From the IMG/VR virus record IMGVR_UViG_3300025389_000011: 64,000 bases of DNA; one strand, 5' to 3'. Source of the stretch: a virus. Lineage: Duplodnaviria; Caudoviricetes. The notes beneath the pieces were generated by a model. That model saw only the letters and a list, made by a program, of their open reading frames with translations, ran no database searches and had not been told where the DNA came from. A program made the position numbers and the translations under genes. Below, piece by piece: positions 8,734-22,800 of this stretch. The number at the start of each line of letters is the position of its first letter. The stretch's first letter is position 1.

Positions 8734-9993
8734 TTATTTAATTGATACGATTGCTAGAACCAAACCAATTTCGTCTGTGGTTTTGTCTGCTAATGCACGA
8801 CCTATTGAGTTGAATGGTGTAGCTTCCCCTGCTTTTGCGGCACGTGCAATGCCATTGCCTGCACTTACTAATCTGTCAGCCTTCTTAACTTGACCAATTG
8901 CTTTAACTTCTACTCTACCGGCGAGTGCTATAGGAGGGTGGGTTTTATCTGAACCTGCGGCTTGATTCATTAAATATGCCGCTGTATTTGAAACTACACC
9001 AAATACATTGTCGCTTAAATCCAATTTAACTGCGGTGATTTCTTTTTCTCCGCCTATTTCAACTACTGTACCAACTTCATATTCTTGGTCAGCTTCAAAA
9101 CGTTCTGCTAAGTCAGCGTATGTTGCTTGTAACCTTGAACCTGTTGTTAATGTAAAATTACCAGTAAGCGCACCAGCAATTGTATTTCCACCAGTTGTAA
9201 TGTTTGCTGTAGTGACACTTGCAACGCTAATCGAACCACTAAAACGTGATACTGAGTTGCTACCTGTCAAATAATCATACACGTTACCATTATTATAGGT
9301 ACCTGCAAAGCTGACAGGTGTACCATTTGCATAATAATAGTTATCTGTTCTAATACCAATATTACCGCCACCTTGGCTATTTACATTACCTATCAATAAA
9401 TTACCACCAGTGATATATACTGCGGTTCCTCCCTGAGAATTTAGTGAAGCTGAACCATTAACTGTCCAAGCACCAACAATGTTACCTGTTGTAGATGGTG
9501 AACCAGTACTGATAAATTGTGTGTATAATGATCCAATATTACCTGTTGTAACGTTTGCGTTTGCAATACTTGCATTGCTTGTTACAGTTGCTAAACGTAC
9601 TGTAATTGTGTCAGCTGCCAATGCATTAGTGATTGTAGCATTGTTTGCTGTTAAATTTCCTGTAACTTGTAGTGTGCCAAAAGTTGTTGTTCCTGAACTA
9701 CCTGATTGTGCTAATGTCAACCAAGCATTTGCATTGGTGATATAGTCTGTAGGGCAAACATTTAGTGTGTTATTATTTGTATTAAACCATAATTGGCCCT
9801 GTAATGGGTTAGGAGGAGGACTTGCATTGGCAAAATTCTCAGTTAGCCAAACAAAGTTTGTATCTAAAACGTTACCATAACCAGCATAATTACGACCGGG
9901 TAACCCGTATAGTGATGTACTATTTGTGTTGATAGTACCGTCTGCAATGGTAGTTAGTGGTTGCCCATTGAATTTATTAATCGAATATGCCAT
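8734..9993 (-). CDS. Tail-fibre/spike-like protein with C-terminal intramolecular-chaperone-like domain
   Basis: N-terminal GRNYAGYG...ENFA...PNPLQGQLWF anchor, Asn/Thr/Gly beta repeats, and C-terminal ATYADLAERFEADQEYEVGTVV...GVVS...IALAGRV. Confidence 0.65.
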   Translation of the reverse strand: MAYSINKFNGQPLTTIADGTINTNSTSLYGLPGRNYAGYGNVLDTNFVWLTENFANASPPPNPLQGQLWFNTNNNTLNVCPTDYITNANAWLTLAQSGSSGTTTFGTLQVTGNLTANNATITNALAADTITVRLATVTSNASIANANVTTGNIGSLYTQFISTGSPSTTGNIVGAWTVNGSASLNSQGGTAVYITGGNLLIGNVNSQGGGNIGIRTDNYYYANGTPVSFAGTYNNGNVYDYLTGSNSVSRFSGSISVASVTTANITTGGNTIAGALTGNFTLTTGSRLQATYADLAERFEADQEYEVGTVVEIGGEKEITAVKLDLSDNVFGVVSNTAAYLMNQAAGSDKTHPPIALAGRVEVKAIGQVKKADRLVSAGNGIARAAKAGEATPFNSIGRALADKTTDEIGLVLAIVSIK

Positions 9994-10016
9994 GTTTTAA
10001 TTACTCCGTTATCTGT

Positions 10017-10023
10017 TATTTAT
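10017..10023 (-). promoter_or_regulatory. Late promoter ATAAATA
   Basis: Upstream of the 9993 start, followed by a GGAG RBS. Confidence 0.6.
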
Positions 10024-10024
10024 C

Positions 10025-10645
10025 TTAAATTGTTATTAAATTAGTTAAACTCTGTATTCTTACAGTATAATCGATTTGAATTTGTCTATTCAAACTCTTT
10101 TGTACTGGGTGAAAAATCACATGAGTTAATAAAGTAGTAATAACGTTACCGTTATTATCTGTACCGTAATTTGAGAGCAAGCCCAATTCATCAAAAACAT
10201 AAGAACTATCAGTTTGTGTACTATTATCAAATGCGGCTTGACCTGCGGGCTCACCGTAATCTAGTAAACATTGAACTAATATATCTGTATAAACTGTACC
10301 TGTCGTATGCGTTACTGTCATCTTGTTACGTGTAGGATCCAAGTTAAAAACACTAGTATCATCTACGATTTTTGCGTAAGTTTGATTGTACAATGCCGCA
10401 TTTTGTCCAGATACGTTAGGGGGCAAATAAGTAATAACGCCTGTTTCACTTACACTTGCACCACCGTTTCCAAAAGCCATTTCATAAATCTGACCATAAC
10501 CACGATTACTTAATGTGTTAGCAATTGATTCTGACATATTTTCATAATTAATGGCATTTTTCTTTTCCACAAATACTTCTCCGTTGTTAGGATCGTATAC
10601 TTTTAGAAAGCCTTCTACTTTATATGATAATTGTATTACTGACAT
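10025..10645 (-). CDS. Conserved baseplate-region structural protein
   Basis: 206 aa with FDELGL...LLTHVIFHPVQKSLNRQIQIDYTVRI, a terminal pattern typical of baseplate/fibre-junction proteins. Confidence 0.6.
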   Translation of the reverse strand: MSVIQLSYKVEGFLKVYDPNNGEVFVEKKNAINYENMSESIANTLSNRGYGQIYEMAFGNGGASVSETGVITYLPPNVSGQNAALYNQTYAKIVDDTSVFNLDPTRNKMTVTHTTGTVYTDILVQCLLDYGEPAGQAAFDNSTQTDSSYVFDELGLLSNYGTDNNGNVITTLLTHVIFHPVQKSLNRQIQIDYTVRIQSLTNLITI

Positions 10646-10648
10646 TAA

Positions 10649-10798
10649 TTAATCGCCTCGCATGTGTACTAGAACTTCTTTTGTGTTTGGATCAGTTATT
10701 TTAACCCCAGAAGAAAAATAGAACCCGCCAATTTCATTTGGCTTTTTTTGGGGCTTTTCTACGGGTTTTTCTTCTTTTTTGTTTAGGTTTTCGTTCAT
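10649..10798 (-). CDS. 49-aa small protein missed by the ORF track
   Basis: MNENLNKKEEKPVEKPQKKPNEIGGFYFSSGVKITDPNTKEVLVHMRGD*. It fills the gap between neighbours and is preceded by ATAAATA. Confidence 0.75.
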   Translation of the reverse strand: MNENLNKKEEKPVEKPQKKPNEIGGFYFSSGVKITDPNTKEVLVHMRGD

Positions 10799-10799
10799 A

Positions 10800-10810
10800 T
10801 ATTTATTTAT
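10800..10810 (-). promoter_or_regulatory. Late promoter (overlapping ATAAATA copies)
   Basis: Minus strand reads ATGATAAATAAATATATG, immediately before the 49-aa ORF. Confidence 0.55.
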
Positions 10811-10812
10811 CA

Positions 10813-13800
10813 TTAATTTATACCGCCTCTTAGGAAATCTGCGCCCTGAGTATATGCAATCTGTAACGGATCACCGTTAACTGTGTCATAATATCCTGGG
10901 ATAGGATTCCATGTTTCATGATATAAAACATCTGTCATCATGTTAGTTGTGTTTATTCCATACACAGGAGTGTATACTGGTATGTAATTTTGTTCTCCAG
11001 TACCATTTGTTCCCCTAGATAATCCAGTGACTGTGTTGGTATTTAAATCACAGTACTCAAATCCAATCTGTTCTCCGTTAATAAACACTAATCTACCAAT
11101 ACCCACTGTAATAGTTAATGAGTCACCAATAGACACTTGGCTGTTTATCTGCAATATAGGAGCTGTATCAACAATTACAGTTTTGTAACTAGTTTGATTT
11201 AACTCTACTCCTGTAGTGTTGTTATAGACATATATGTAACAGATGTCATTTTTATTAGCACTTAAACCAATATAATAGTCCCCGTCAGTTGCGGCCGCAG
11301 GGCAAGTTGCATTTTGTACAATACTGTTTGTAATTTTTTTAACATCATTAAAATGTATTATACTATCCGTGTATTGCAATGGTTGTGTTAACCAAGTTCT
11401 ATTATTTCCATTAGTTCTGAAAACATTTCCTTGATTTGAAGCAGACACGTTTAACAAATAAACTTCTTCGTTTGGTGTAGCACTTGGCATCATACTTGTA
11501 ATAATAACCTCATCACCTGTTTGAATTGTAGTTAATATGCTTAAATCGTTATATGGGTTTAGTATTAACTTACTTGAAGGAACACGATACCCGTTTATTG
11601 TTACCCATAATCTATCTACGTTAATTTGTACAAATTGTGACACAAACACTTTACCTGTATCAGTTGTTAATACAAACTCACTTTGATTTGGATATTGCTT
11701 TGTGCTAATTGTAAATTCTTGGTCTGCTGTGGCAGTTCCTGTTCCACTACCATAACCTGTTGCAATGAATGTAACGCCAATTGTGTTAGAACTTGCGCCA
11801 ACTGCGGTGAAATTAGTAGTACCTAATGTTACAATCGTATATTGATTTCCAATAATAAAGTTTCCTGCAGTTGTAATAGGACTTACTTCATAAACATAGT
11901 ATTCTACGTCAGCTTGAATACCACCTAAAATATTGTCACCAAAAGTTGAATTTACAGTAGTAAAGTATACAGGAGTATTAGGTATTAATCCTTGTGTGCT
12001 TACCACTGTTATTCTATTACCAGTAGAATTTGTTGCTGTTGTGTTTGTGTTTGAAAGTGTGAACACTCTATCTAACCAAACATAACCATCACCTATGTAT
12101 GTTGAACAATTAGTTACAGGGAAGTTAGGGGCATTTAATGTTGGAGTATATGCTTGTAGATACAAATCAATAATTTTACTTGTAACTATTTTAGCATAAA
12201 ATACATTATTATTCAATTGTACGGAACCAACAGTACCATCTATACGTATCAATGAGTTTTCAGCTAAATTATGGTCAATTCCAGTTGTCACACGAATAGC
12301 TGGCTGACCTCCTGCATATCCAACAATAGTTCCTGTACTATAATCAGTCAATTGAATTGTTGTACCATATTGGTCTGTGATTGTAAAACTTGTATCGTCA
12401 ATAATTGTGCCTACAATATAGTATTCACCAGTTGTACTGATTCCCCCATATGTGCCAGGCGTTTGAGCTTTGAATATAATAAATTGTCCCGGTACCACTG
12501 GGTGTGTCGCATTATAAACAATTGCATTTGTTCCGGAAATTGTTTGAGATACTAATACTGTTGAACTTGCAGGGGTAATGGCATTGTCGATATTAACAAT
12601 ATTAGCCACAGTTAAACCATTCAATGAACCGTTCATTGTACCAGTATCACTAGTAACTGGGAACACAGCACCACCAACTTGAGTTGAAATAGTAAAGTCT
12701 GTAGAATTTAATATTTGAAGAATATAGTAAACTTGTCCGGCGATAATTCCACCAAATGTAGGTGATGAAAACACGATTGGGCTGTTGACAGTTAAATCTG
12801 CCGTAGTACCTGTACTCAAATGTAAGTAATTAAATTGTTCGTCATATGTTACAATTTGTGGATTATTTTCATCATATGTATATGTATTTGGGCTATTTTC
12901 ATCGTATGTAGCCAATGTATTTACAGTAGCACCAACTACAACTTCAACAAATACTGAGCCAGGACTTCCAGTGATACCATATTGAGTATTTAAATATTGA
13001 CGGTCAGTTAAGTTATATGTAGTAACTGCTACCGTTGAGTTTAATAGGGGCGGAGTATAGAACAAAATAGTATTTGTTGAACTATTAATTGAATATAATC
13101 CTATTGTTTGACGTAAGCCATTAATCTCTACAATTGCATTGTTTGGATTGTCACCACCGCAATAGTTTACCAAATTAAATGTTGATTTAGATGCATTACC
13201 AAAGAACACTTGTGTTTGTGGTATTGTGTAACCATATTGTATAGGAGATGTTTGTCCCAATACAGTATAGCTAATATAATCTACTGCTGTGTTGTATGTT
13301 TGTGCAAGAATAATCTTAGCGTTAATTCCATTATCTGCTATACCTAATGCAAAGTCGTTAGATATATAAGTTGCTACACCTGATTCAGTTGACACAACAA
13401 ATACTGGACCACCTGCAGTCTCACTAATGGTGATTCTATCGTATCCTAATATTTGTTTAACGTAGTATGTTATGTATGGAGTAATTCCACCAAAAATACC
13501 GGGACCAAACGTAATTGGCATATTGGGTACAAAGTTATATGTTGAATTAACAATTATTAAATTATCAAAAGAAAGTGTATTTGTAACTATACCAGATTCA
13601 CCCAATACTAATAAATTACCATTATGGTATACCGCTGGTGGAGTCCAAACAACACCATCACCATTTTGAGAGATAGCTTTCATGCTACCACTTGCTGTAG
13701 TTAAATCAAAAGTAACACCTGCTGTACCTGTAGAAAGATTGATACTTGTTGATATAGTAATTCTATTTGATATGTCATCAATTGTTTTTACGTAATAAGG

Positions 13801-16800
13801 AGTTTCTATTGCAACACCACCAAACACAGTTCCTTCAAAAGTTATTACGTTGTTTAATGCAATATTAGCCACTGTATCAAGCGTTATTTGATTTGTGGTT
13901 GAATCAGTATGTGTTGCAGTTGCAATGTAGGGTTGTGATCCTGGTCTGATAACCCCTGAACCTTGATAGATACTTGCACTATAATTTGCATTTAAGTAAA
14001 TTTCTTGGAAGCCAGTAGTTTCGTTTGTTCTAATTGGATTGTTACTCGTACTAGATTTAACCAATTGGTCACCGTTACCAGTTTCATACAAATCAATACG
14101 TAATGAATCTGCGTTGCCAGGGCTTGTAAATGACAATGAGTTTGTCAATATGATTAATTGATTTACCCAATCAACGGTATAGAATCCGTTTTCTTCGTAA
14201 ACTCTTGTGCTTAAACCAGTCGTATAACTTGTAACATATACAGCTAATTCGCTTGGAGTTGTAGCTATACTTGCAAAACTATATTCAGTTTGAGTACCGC
14301 TAGTTGCCTGTATCTCAATTGATTTAGTGCCATAACCTAGGTTTTGATATACTGTGGCGTCCCAGTTTGTACCAGGACGTGTAGCTACTGTCATTGTTAA
14401 TGTGTCGCTTACCACACCAGGTACCAATTCTTCTGGACCATAACCACTAGTAAATGAGTCACCTTGTACATCGTATACAGTAGGTGGATTTCTAAATATA
14501 CTACCTATTGTCCAACCAGATGTGTTACCCTGTAATACCGTGTTGTTATCTCCTACAACAAGATATTCATTAGTATCACTATTGTATGTAACACTTCTTA
14601 AGTTTTGCGTTGTGCCTGAAGTTTGTGTAGTCCAAGTTGTACCGTCAACTGTTCCGTACACTATGGCACCATTATCACCTACAGCCACAAATCTATTATT
14701 AATGTTGTCCCATATAATTTTGTTTAAATTTTCAGTTGTACCTGATGTTTGTACAAACCAAGTATACGTGTTAAATGTAGTATAAATGCTACCGCCTTGG
14801 CCAACAGCAACTATAGTATCAATATTACTTGCAACAGAATTAAGTCCATATTGAGTAGTAAAGGTTAATGGACTCCATGATATACCATCTCTACTAGAGA
14901 AAATAATTGCGACATTATTGATAACTAAATTAGTTGAAACTTGCCCTGAACCAACAGCAATAAATCCAGTGAATCCTGCTGTGTTTGCATATGTTACTCC
15001 TGTCAAATTATTTTCTAATGTGCCAGTAAATTCATAACGTTGTTTCCAATCATTAATATCTGTTGCAGTAACAATATTTTTTCCTACTGCAACATATAAA
15101 CCATTTGCATATGCAATACTGCTTAATCCAGTTGAAGGTACTACAGTTGATGGAGTACTAAAGGTTGTGCCATCAATACTTATTAATATTGGAGTAGCAC
15201 TATTGTTTCCTGTTAGTACATATTCACCATCAACATATATAATGTCATATAAACCAATTGGTGTATTAGCTAACTGTAGGCTAGACCATGTTACTCCGTC
15301 AACACTAGCATTAATTGATGAGTTGTTACCCGAATCACTTGTTGCGATATAAGCATGGTTGTTATATAATACTGCTGATAAATTAATGCCAGTTGGGTAA
15401 AATGGTTGGTCTTGTAAGATAGTATCTAACGGATAATTATCAGCCGGTGCAAATGCATTACCTAAATACGTACTATTTGGATAAGTAATACCTGTTACCA
15501 ATTGTGTTAAATCTACACCTGGCATGTCAACAGTTGGTTGATAGTAACCAATAATTCTATCAAGCGCATTAAGTTTACTTGAACCTGAAGTTAATAATTC
15601 CCATTTACCAAAAATGAAGTCAGCATCATTATTACTTACAATACATTGGTAAACATTATTATTGTACTTAACAATACTACTGTTAAAATAGAATGGTTCT
15701 GGTAATAATAAGTAATCACCTGACTTAGCCATTGTCATTGATCCAGTTGCATTTGTTGTAATTGTAAATGCACTACCACCGATACTTGTACTAATAGTTA
15801 TAGTCGTTGATGTAGGTTTAGTTAGAATATAATATGTTTGACCAATTGTTATACCGCCAAATACAGTTCCCGTAAACACAACAGGATCATTGATATTAAA
15901 TTCAGTATTGCTTACAACAGTAATAACATTACCAGTGGTTGCAGTTTGTGTTGCAGTTGTACTTGTTATTCCTTTATATGGTAAGTTTTGTCCACTCACT
16001 GATACCTTCAAGTTAGGATCGCTGTATAGTGCAATTTGATTTACGTCTACTACATCTACATAATATTTGTTGTCCAATCCAGGTGTTACACCTGTTGCAA
16101 TAGTTCCAGTAATACCACCTGTACTATTAATTGCGGACACAGTTAATGTTAAATCATTTGCCGGTGTAGTTCCTCCTACTGAAGTACCAGGTATTACAAT
16201 GGTATTGTTTATTGCGTATCCAACACCTGCACTTGAAAATGCCACATTGTATCCACCTAAAATATAACTAACGTCAAAACTTGCATAGTTACTTGGATTA
16301 ATATATTGTGTTAATGAAATTGTATTAGTTGTTGCATTTGTTAAAGTGTTGCTTAACACAACATATGGGTCACCTGTACCAGTCATACTACCTGTATCGT
16401 TAGATACTGATAACGGTAATGAGCTTCCAACTGAAGTAGCTATAGTAAATCTTCCTTCACCGCTTGGAGGGCTATTATCAATGCTATGTACATAGTAAAT
16501 TACATTTAATAAAACATTACCTAATGATGTTCCTGAGAAGTATATCGGCATGCCAACATATAATACATCAGTTGAATTAGTACCATTAACTGTTAACCAA
16601 TTTCCAGTGCTACTAGTGCTTAACACCTGAACTGAAGTTACTCCAGTGTTTACGACTGTGTATTCTGTTCCAGTAGTTAATCCACCAATATTACCACTAA
16701 CATTAAATTGCATGTTAGTATAAATGTTGGTTATTCCAGGTCCAGTTTGACTCAAGCAAACTCTATTAACTGTTGCCAATGTAGCTGTAAGATTTATGTT

Positions 16801-19800
16801 CAATAAACTAGATGTGTTTAATGTACCATTTACACCGGTATACACACCTGAAGTATTATATGCTGTAAATTGTTGTCCTTGAATTTGTCCAGGATTAATA
16901 CTTAAATTAACATTCAACGTCATTGAGCCAGTACCATTAGTTAATTTTAATGTATTAGCTTGGCTTGTAAATGTAAGAAGTGATGTGCCAAATACAGGAT
17001 CTAGTGGTGCAGTTGCAGTAGTTAATGTTACTACAGGGCCGTTGATACTTAATGACACAGAAAATTGAGTGTTCTTTGTCCCAGAAAATAACTGGCTTAC
17101 ATAATAAGTAATACCTGTTTGCAGATTACCCACAGCAGTTCCAGTAAATATAATAGGTGTATTTACAGACAAGCCCAACGTACTATCGCAAGTGATTGCG
17201 TTGTTGCTTGAAGATGTTGCCGTAACGTTTACCATTAATGGGTCAGCACTTGTAGACATTGTAAATGTCTGTGGATCAACTACAGTTGTTACATAATAAA
17301 TTTCATTAGCAACAATTCCACCAAACACATCACCTGTAAAGAATATTGGAAGACCAACATAGAAGTTTGTTGTTCCATTTTGACCTGTTGGTGTTAACTC
17401 TACTGTAACATAATTAGTTCCAGCAGTAGTAGCTGTTGTATTTCTGATGCCATCATAGTTGATTGTTAATATTGCTTGATTTGTAACTTCACCAGGATAA
17501 GCTAATAATCCCGCTGTTGGCACAGTAGCAGATGTTAGTGCAAATGTTGAGCCAGGGTTTCCATTACCATCTATTGAAGTTGAAACAGTAAAGCCTGTTG
17601 CCTCTAAGACACCTGTTGTTAAATTAGGAAGCTGTACCAATGATTTTACATAATATGTTGTATAATTACTTAAATTACCAACTGCTTCTCCAATAAATTG
17701 TATTGGCATACCTACGTAAAAACCAAGTGTAGCACCAAGAGTTGGAGTAACAGGATTACCACCAGTACTTGCTGTTATACGAATTGTATTTGGATATGAC
17801 GATCCAGAACCATATGTTTGTACAGTATTTCTAGATAGTGAAGACCAAACTAATGTTTGTTGATTTTCTACAGCTAATATTTCAAAAGGCGCGCCTTGGG
17901 CACTAGCAAGTATATTAGCAATATTAGGTTGAGCATTATCTAATAAAATACTTGAACTTGAAACCAATTCACTATTTGAATATGAACCTGCATAGAATGC
18001 ACCGTAATACCCACCTGGTTGCCAATCAATAACTTGACTGTTATACGTTGTTCTATCAAATTTTAATGTTATGTTATTTTCTCTAACTGGTATAGCACTA
18101 GTTACGCAACTTGCAACAGCACCTACACTAAAATTCTGATATCCAGTACCTTGCGAATTTAATTTCACACGATTGTTGTCGTTTACACAATTCAAGTATG
18201 ATTCATATAACGCAAACGTTATATTTGGATATGATTCCAATACGTTAACATAATATCTTTCACTAGGAATTAAACCTTCAATTGGTTCTGACCCTGTTTC
18301 TGGTTCATATATGATTAAGTCACCTGATTGTAGCAATGGTGATTGTAAATCAATTGTGTTATTAGTTGTATTAACTTGACTGCTGTTAACGCTTACAACA
18401 AGTGCAGGATCAATACTAATGCTAGGTAATATTGCATAACCTTCACCTGGATTATTAACTGTCACCCCAATCACACGATCCAAATTCATAATTGCAGTAA
18501 ATGATGCAGGAACTCTTGGAGCAGGGTATATTGATGTATCAATGTATGCTCTAATCTGCGGAGGATTACTGTAACCCCTACCGCTGTTCAATACCAATAC
18601 TGCTGGTAAATTAATGTAAATTTTTGAACCAGGTAGATGTTGACTAGCACCACTGTTGTTCAATCCACGTGATAATCCCAATAATTGATTTGTAGCAATA
18701 TTCAAATCAGAATATCCAATTTGTTCATTATCAATAGTTATAGTACCGTTGACCGGAAATCCGGTTACATTGTCAACATAACAAGATGTTGTATTAACCG
18801 CCATATACGATTGCAACGTGGATATTAAATAATTATCTTGTCCAACAATACTTAATCCATAATTATTAAACCACTGATTATAACTTGTTTCTTGCCATAT
18901 TGAATCTGTGGGTAAATATTGATTATCACCGCTGGCATTATTGTATACCAATTCAGGAGTTATAAATTGTTGAACACTTGAATTCCATTGAGCAGGTAAA
19001 TCAAAGTCAGTAATATCACCCTCAAATACGTCAGTACCTGTATACGCAAATAAGAAATCTTTGATAAGAACATGGTATGGTTTTACCTCGTTTAAATATC
19101 CTTCTAAGAATATTTCATTATCACTTTGGAAAACTTCTAATGGTAACAATTCACGCACAGTATGTGTAACATCAACCAATGATGTTTTGTTCAACCATGG
19201 TAAAAAGTTTTGATTTTGTACTGTTTCAGCTTGGATATAATTGAATAATAATATTAAACCTACGTTTCTCTCTACTAATAAATTGTCAGGAAGTTCTTCA
19301 TTCAATGAACGTATAATATATCTAGTTTCTTCGCTAGGATATGTATCATATGGTGCTGTGTCAAAATAGTTGTTACCAAATCCAATGGCGTTGTTTGCAT
19401 AATCATATATTGCACTACTGATTTGAACAGTACCATACTGTAAACCAATACGTACCCATCCTAAGGTAGCATCTAATACATATGTTTCTTGGAAACCGTT
19501 TCCGTTTTTCAACACACTTGCAATAGTTCCTACAGGAACATTAAGAGTTGATAAATCTGCATAGATAGGTACTTGCACACTTGCTCTTGTATTGTCATTG
19601 TAGCCAGGAGCCCACCAATTAACAGAATTTACATAATTTGCAACATTGTAGAAAGGTAATCCAGTTGAAGGATTAATTGGACCAACTTCATACAAGAAAA
19701 CACTATTGGCAATTTCATTGAAAGGATATTGAATCAATAATGCATTTGCACCAGTAATATAGTTATCCAATGCTCCCAATCTGTCATAGAAGAAACTTTG

Positions 19801-22800
19801 ACGGGGTCTTGTTAGTACACCTGTGCGAACTGGGGGAGGTAACCTAGGATCAGGAACAACGGCTCCAGTAACATTTGTACCAGACAAACTGTCTAACATT
19901 CTAGCATACAAACCAGTTGGTTGTGTTGATGTTACTGATCCTCTTAAGTTGTATACGCTTGTGCTTGGTAAGCCAGGCAAGAAACTGTCTTTGTTTCCAT
20001 CTTGTATTAGTGTGTATTGCGTATGTGCAACATCATTACCGCCACCTGATGAGTAACCAATATGTAGTACAGAGTCTGTATTGTTTATGTAGTCACTACA
20101 GTTATATAATGCAAATACATTTTGTAATAATGGTGAAAAATAGCTTATACCACTAGCCTGAGGCTGTGCAATATAACTTTGCAATGTAGAATCGGCTAAT
20201 GTTTTTCCCTGTTCTTGATTTACTATATTTGTGTTTCTAGCCCAGAAATAATATATAGGAACAATTGCACCCTGTTCATTAATGATTGGCGTAACCACAA
20301 ATGAATCTATACTATAAGCAGTTCCAGGACCTGAATATTGGTTAGGTGGCACGTTACTTGCTACCCATGAATATATTGCAACGTCACTTCCAGGGAATAC
20401 AGCGCCCCAATATTGGCTATTGTATACTACATCATTTTGATGGTAATTTAAAAACCGAACATTACTTGTATCAAACCAAAGTTTACCAAGATTTTCTGCT
20501 CCCCAAACTTTCCCACCAACTGTTGTACCCACAGAATTATAAGTTGCAGGATCAACATTACTGATAATGTCTATGTTTTCTCTTACTGCACCTAATAATT
20601 TACCTTGCAATGGATCAAAATAATCTAAATTAATTAATGTGTTATTTGTTTTTGCGCTATAAATTAAGATAGGTCCAATGTTATTAACATCTACAACAGG
20701 ACATGATGTTCTATACACAGCCCAGTCATTGCTTGTACTGCTGTTTACATATGTAACCACCTGACCGTTTGTGTCATTTGCATAAGTTGTAGGGCTAAAT
20801 TTAGGAGTACCAATAGTAACCACATTGTTATTATAGTCTAGTGCAGTACCGTATAAAGGTTGTGAACCATAATCAATATTCAATGCATTTGTACTTTGTG
20901 CATATGCAAATAGTCCAGGAGCTGTTATGCTTTCATTATATGCACCTAAATAATCAAACATATAAACAGCACCAGCATTATTGAATGTATCAATAAATTG
21001 TGTTGCGTTGTTGTCAAAGATAGTATCTAAATCTACGTTATTTTGAGGGGTAGCATCAAATGTTGTTGCAGAATAGCGTGTACCTGCAGGAGCACTAACA
21101 ACTATACTTGTACCAAATTCGTTAAACTTAACTACAGTACCAAACTGTGTGGCACCTGCTGTATGTGGGCATTGGATAACTTGTGTTTCAGTATATAATT
21201 CAATTCCTAATTCAGCTAATACTGTACTGTCTAATACCGTCAATGATAATTTGTTGTTTGAAACACCTAATGATACATCAATCAATTGAATCATTAATAT
21301 GCCATCAACTGCGGTTGAGGTAATGTTTGTTATTTTTGCATTGTTAATAAGCTGACTGATAACTGTTGCGTTGCCAGGTTTTAAATTAACTGCATATCCA
21401 TTCAATAATATAGTATGATTTTGTGTTACGTTTGTTGCATAGGCACCAACAATCATACCATATTTTTCACCACTATTGGTAAATCTATGAACAGCACCTT
21501 CATGATTTTCAGGGCTTAATTCAAATGGTGCACCAATCAATATTTCATTTGCAAAATTATTTGTAGCAATACTTGTACCAAATTCTACCCCAACTCTTGG
21601 TGTCATTTCATCGGTAAATGTTTGTGCCAATACAAAATTAATACTACTGATGTTTATCAAATCTCCATAATTAAGTGTTGGGGTCGAGTTACTATATATG
21701 TTAAATGTTGAGCCTAATACTGCGTACATGCTATCAGGTATCAATGTTCCATTGACAGTAACATACAATGGTGAATTTTGTATAACCAAATTCATTGAGC
21801 CTGTTGTTGCGCCGGCTAATGTAAACGCCGGGCCACCTCTGGTCAATGATACTGTGATGTTGTTTCCGCTAATTGATTTTACATAATAAACTGTGTTTAC
21901 TGCTAAACCACCAAATGGTGTACCTGTAATAATAAATGGTAAATTAACATATACACCAACAACAGTATTCAACACCAATGCGTTTCCACTATAACTAGAT
22001 GCTGTTACTGTAGTAGTTGTAGGTGTCCATGCCAATGTAAATGGTTGAGGAACAAAAAGTTGACTTGGATTAGTAGCTTCAAACATTTGAACTGTTCTAT
22101 TGAACAAGAATGCATAACCATAACTAGCAGTATTGGCATCATAGTTTGTATAAGGAGCTCCAATTGTTACTGTATCTCCGTAATAATCTGTTGCAATTGA
22201 ATATCCAAATTCTGCATTTGAATTAATACCGGCTACACTTAATGTTTCCATTAATTCATATAGATATGTGATTGCTGATTTACGATATACATAAACATTA
22301 TTGTTTGCGGTATCACTAATGTATAACCAATTTGCATCACCTGATATTGCAAGACCTTTACCCCATATACTGCCACCAGCAGGAGCCGGAATAGTTTGTT
22401 GTAATTCAAGTGAATTTACCAATGCTGTTTGAATCAATTCATAAACATAAACGTTACCTGTTGGTTCTGATATAATAAATGTGTTTCCAGTATAGGCAAT
22501 TGTAGTACCAAAAGAAGTATTCTGCGTCAATGTTTGTGTGATTTCATATGCCTGATATACACTATTATATTGATATCTATAAACTTTACCTGCACCCGCA
22601 TCAGCAATCATATATCCTAAATTATATGCGTATGCAACGGCAGAACCAAATGTTTCACTTGCTGGTAACAATATTTCAGCATCATAGGTGTAATTCAACG
22701 ATTTTTGATATACCGCCCAACCACCATTGGTATTTGCGTCTGTCCAAACTAACAGCTGGTTGAATTCGTTGTTAAGTAGTGATGGTAGTTCTGCAATCTC

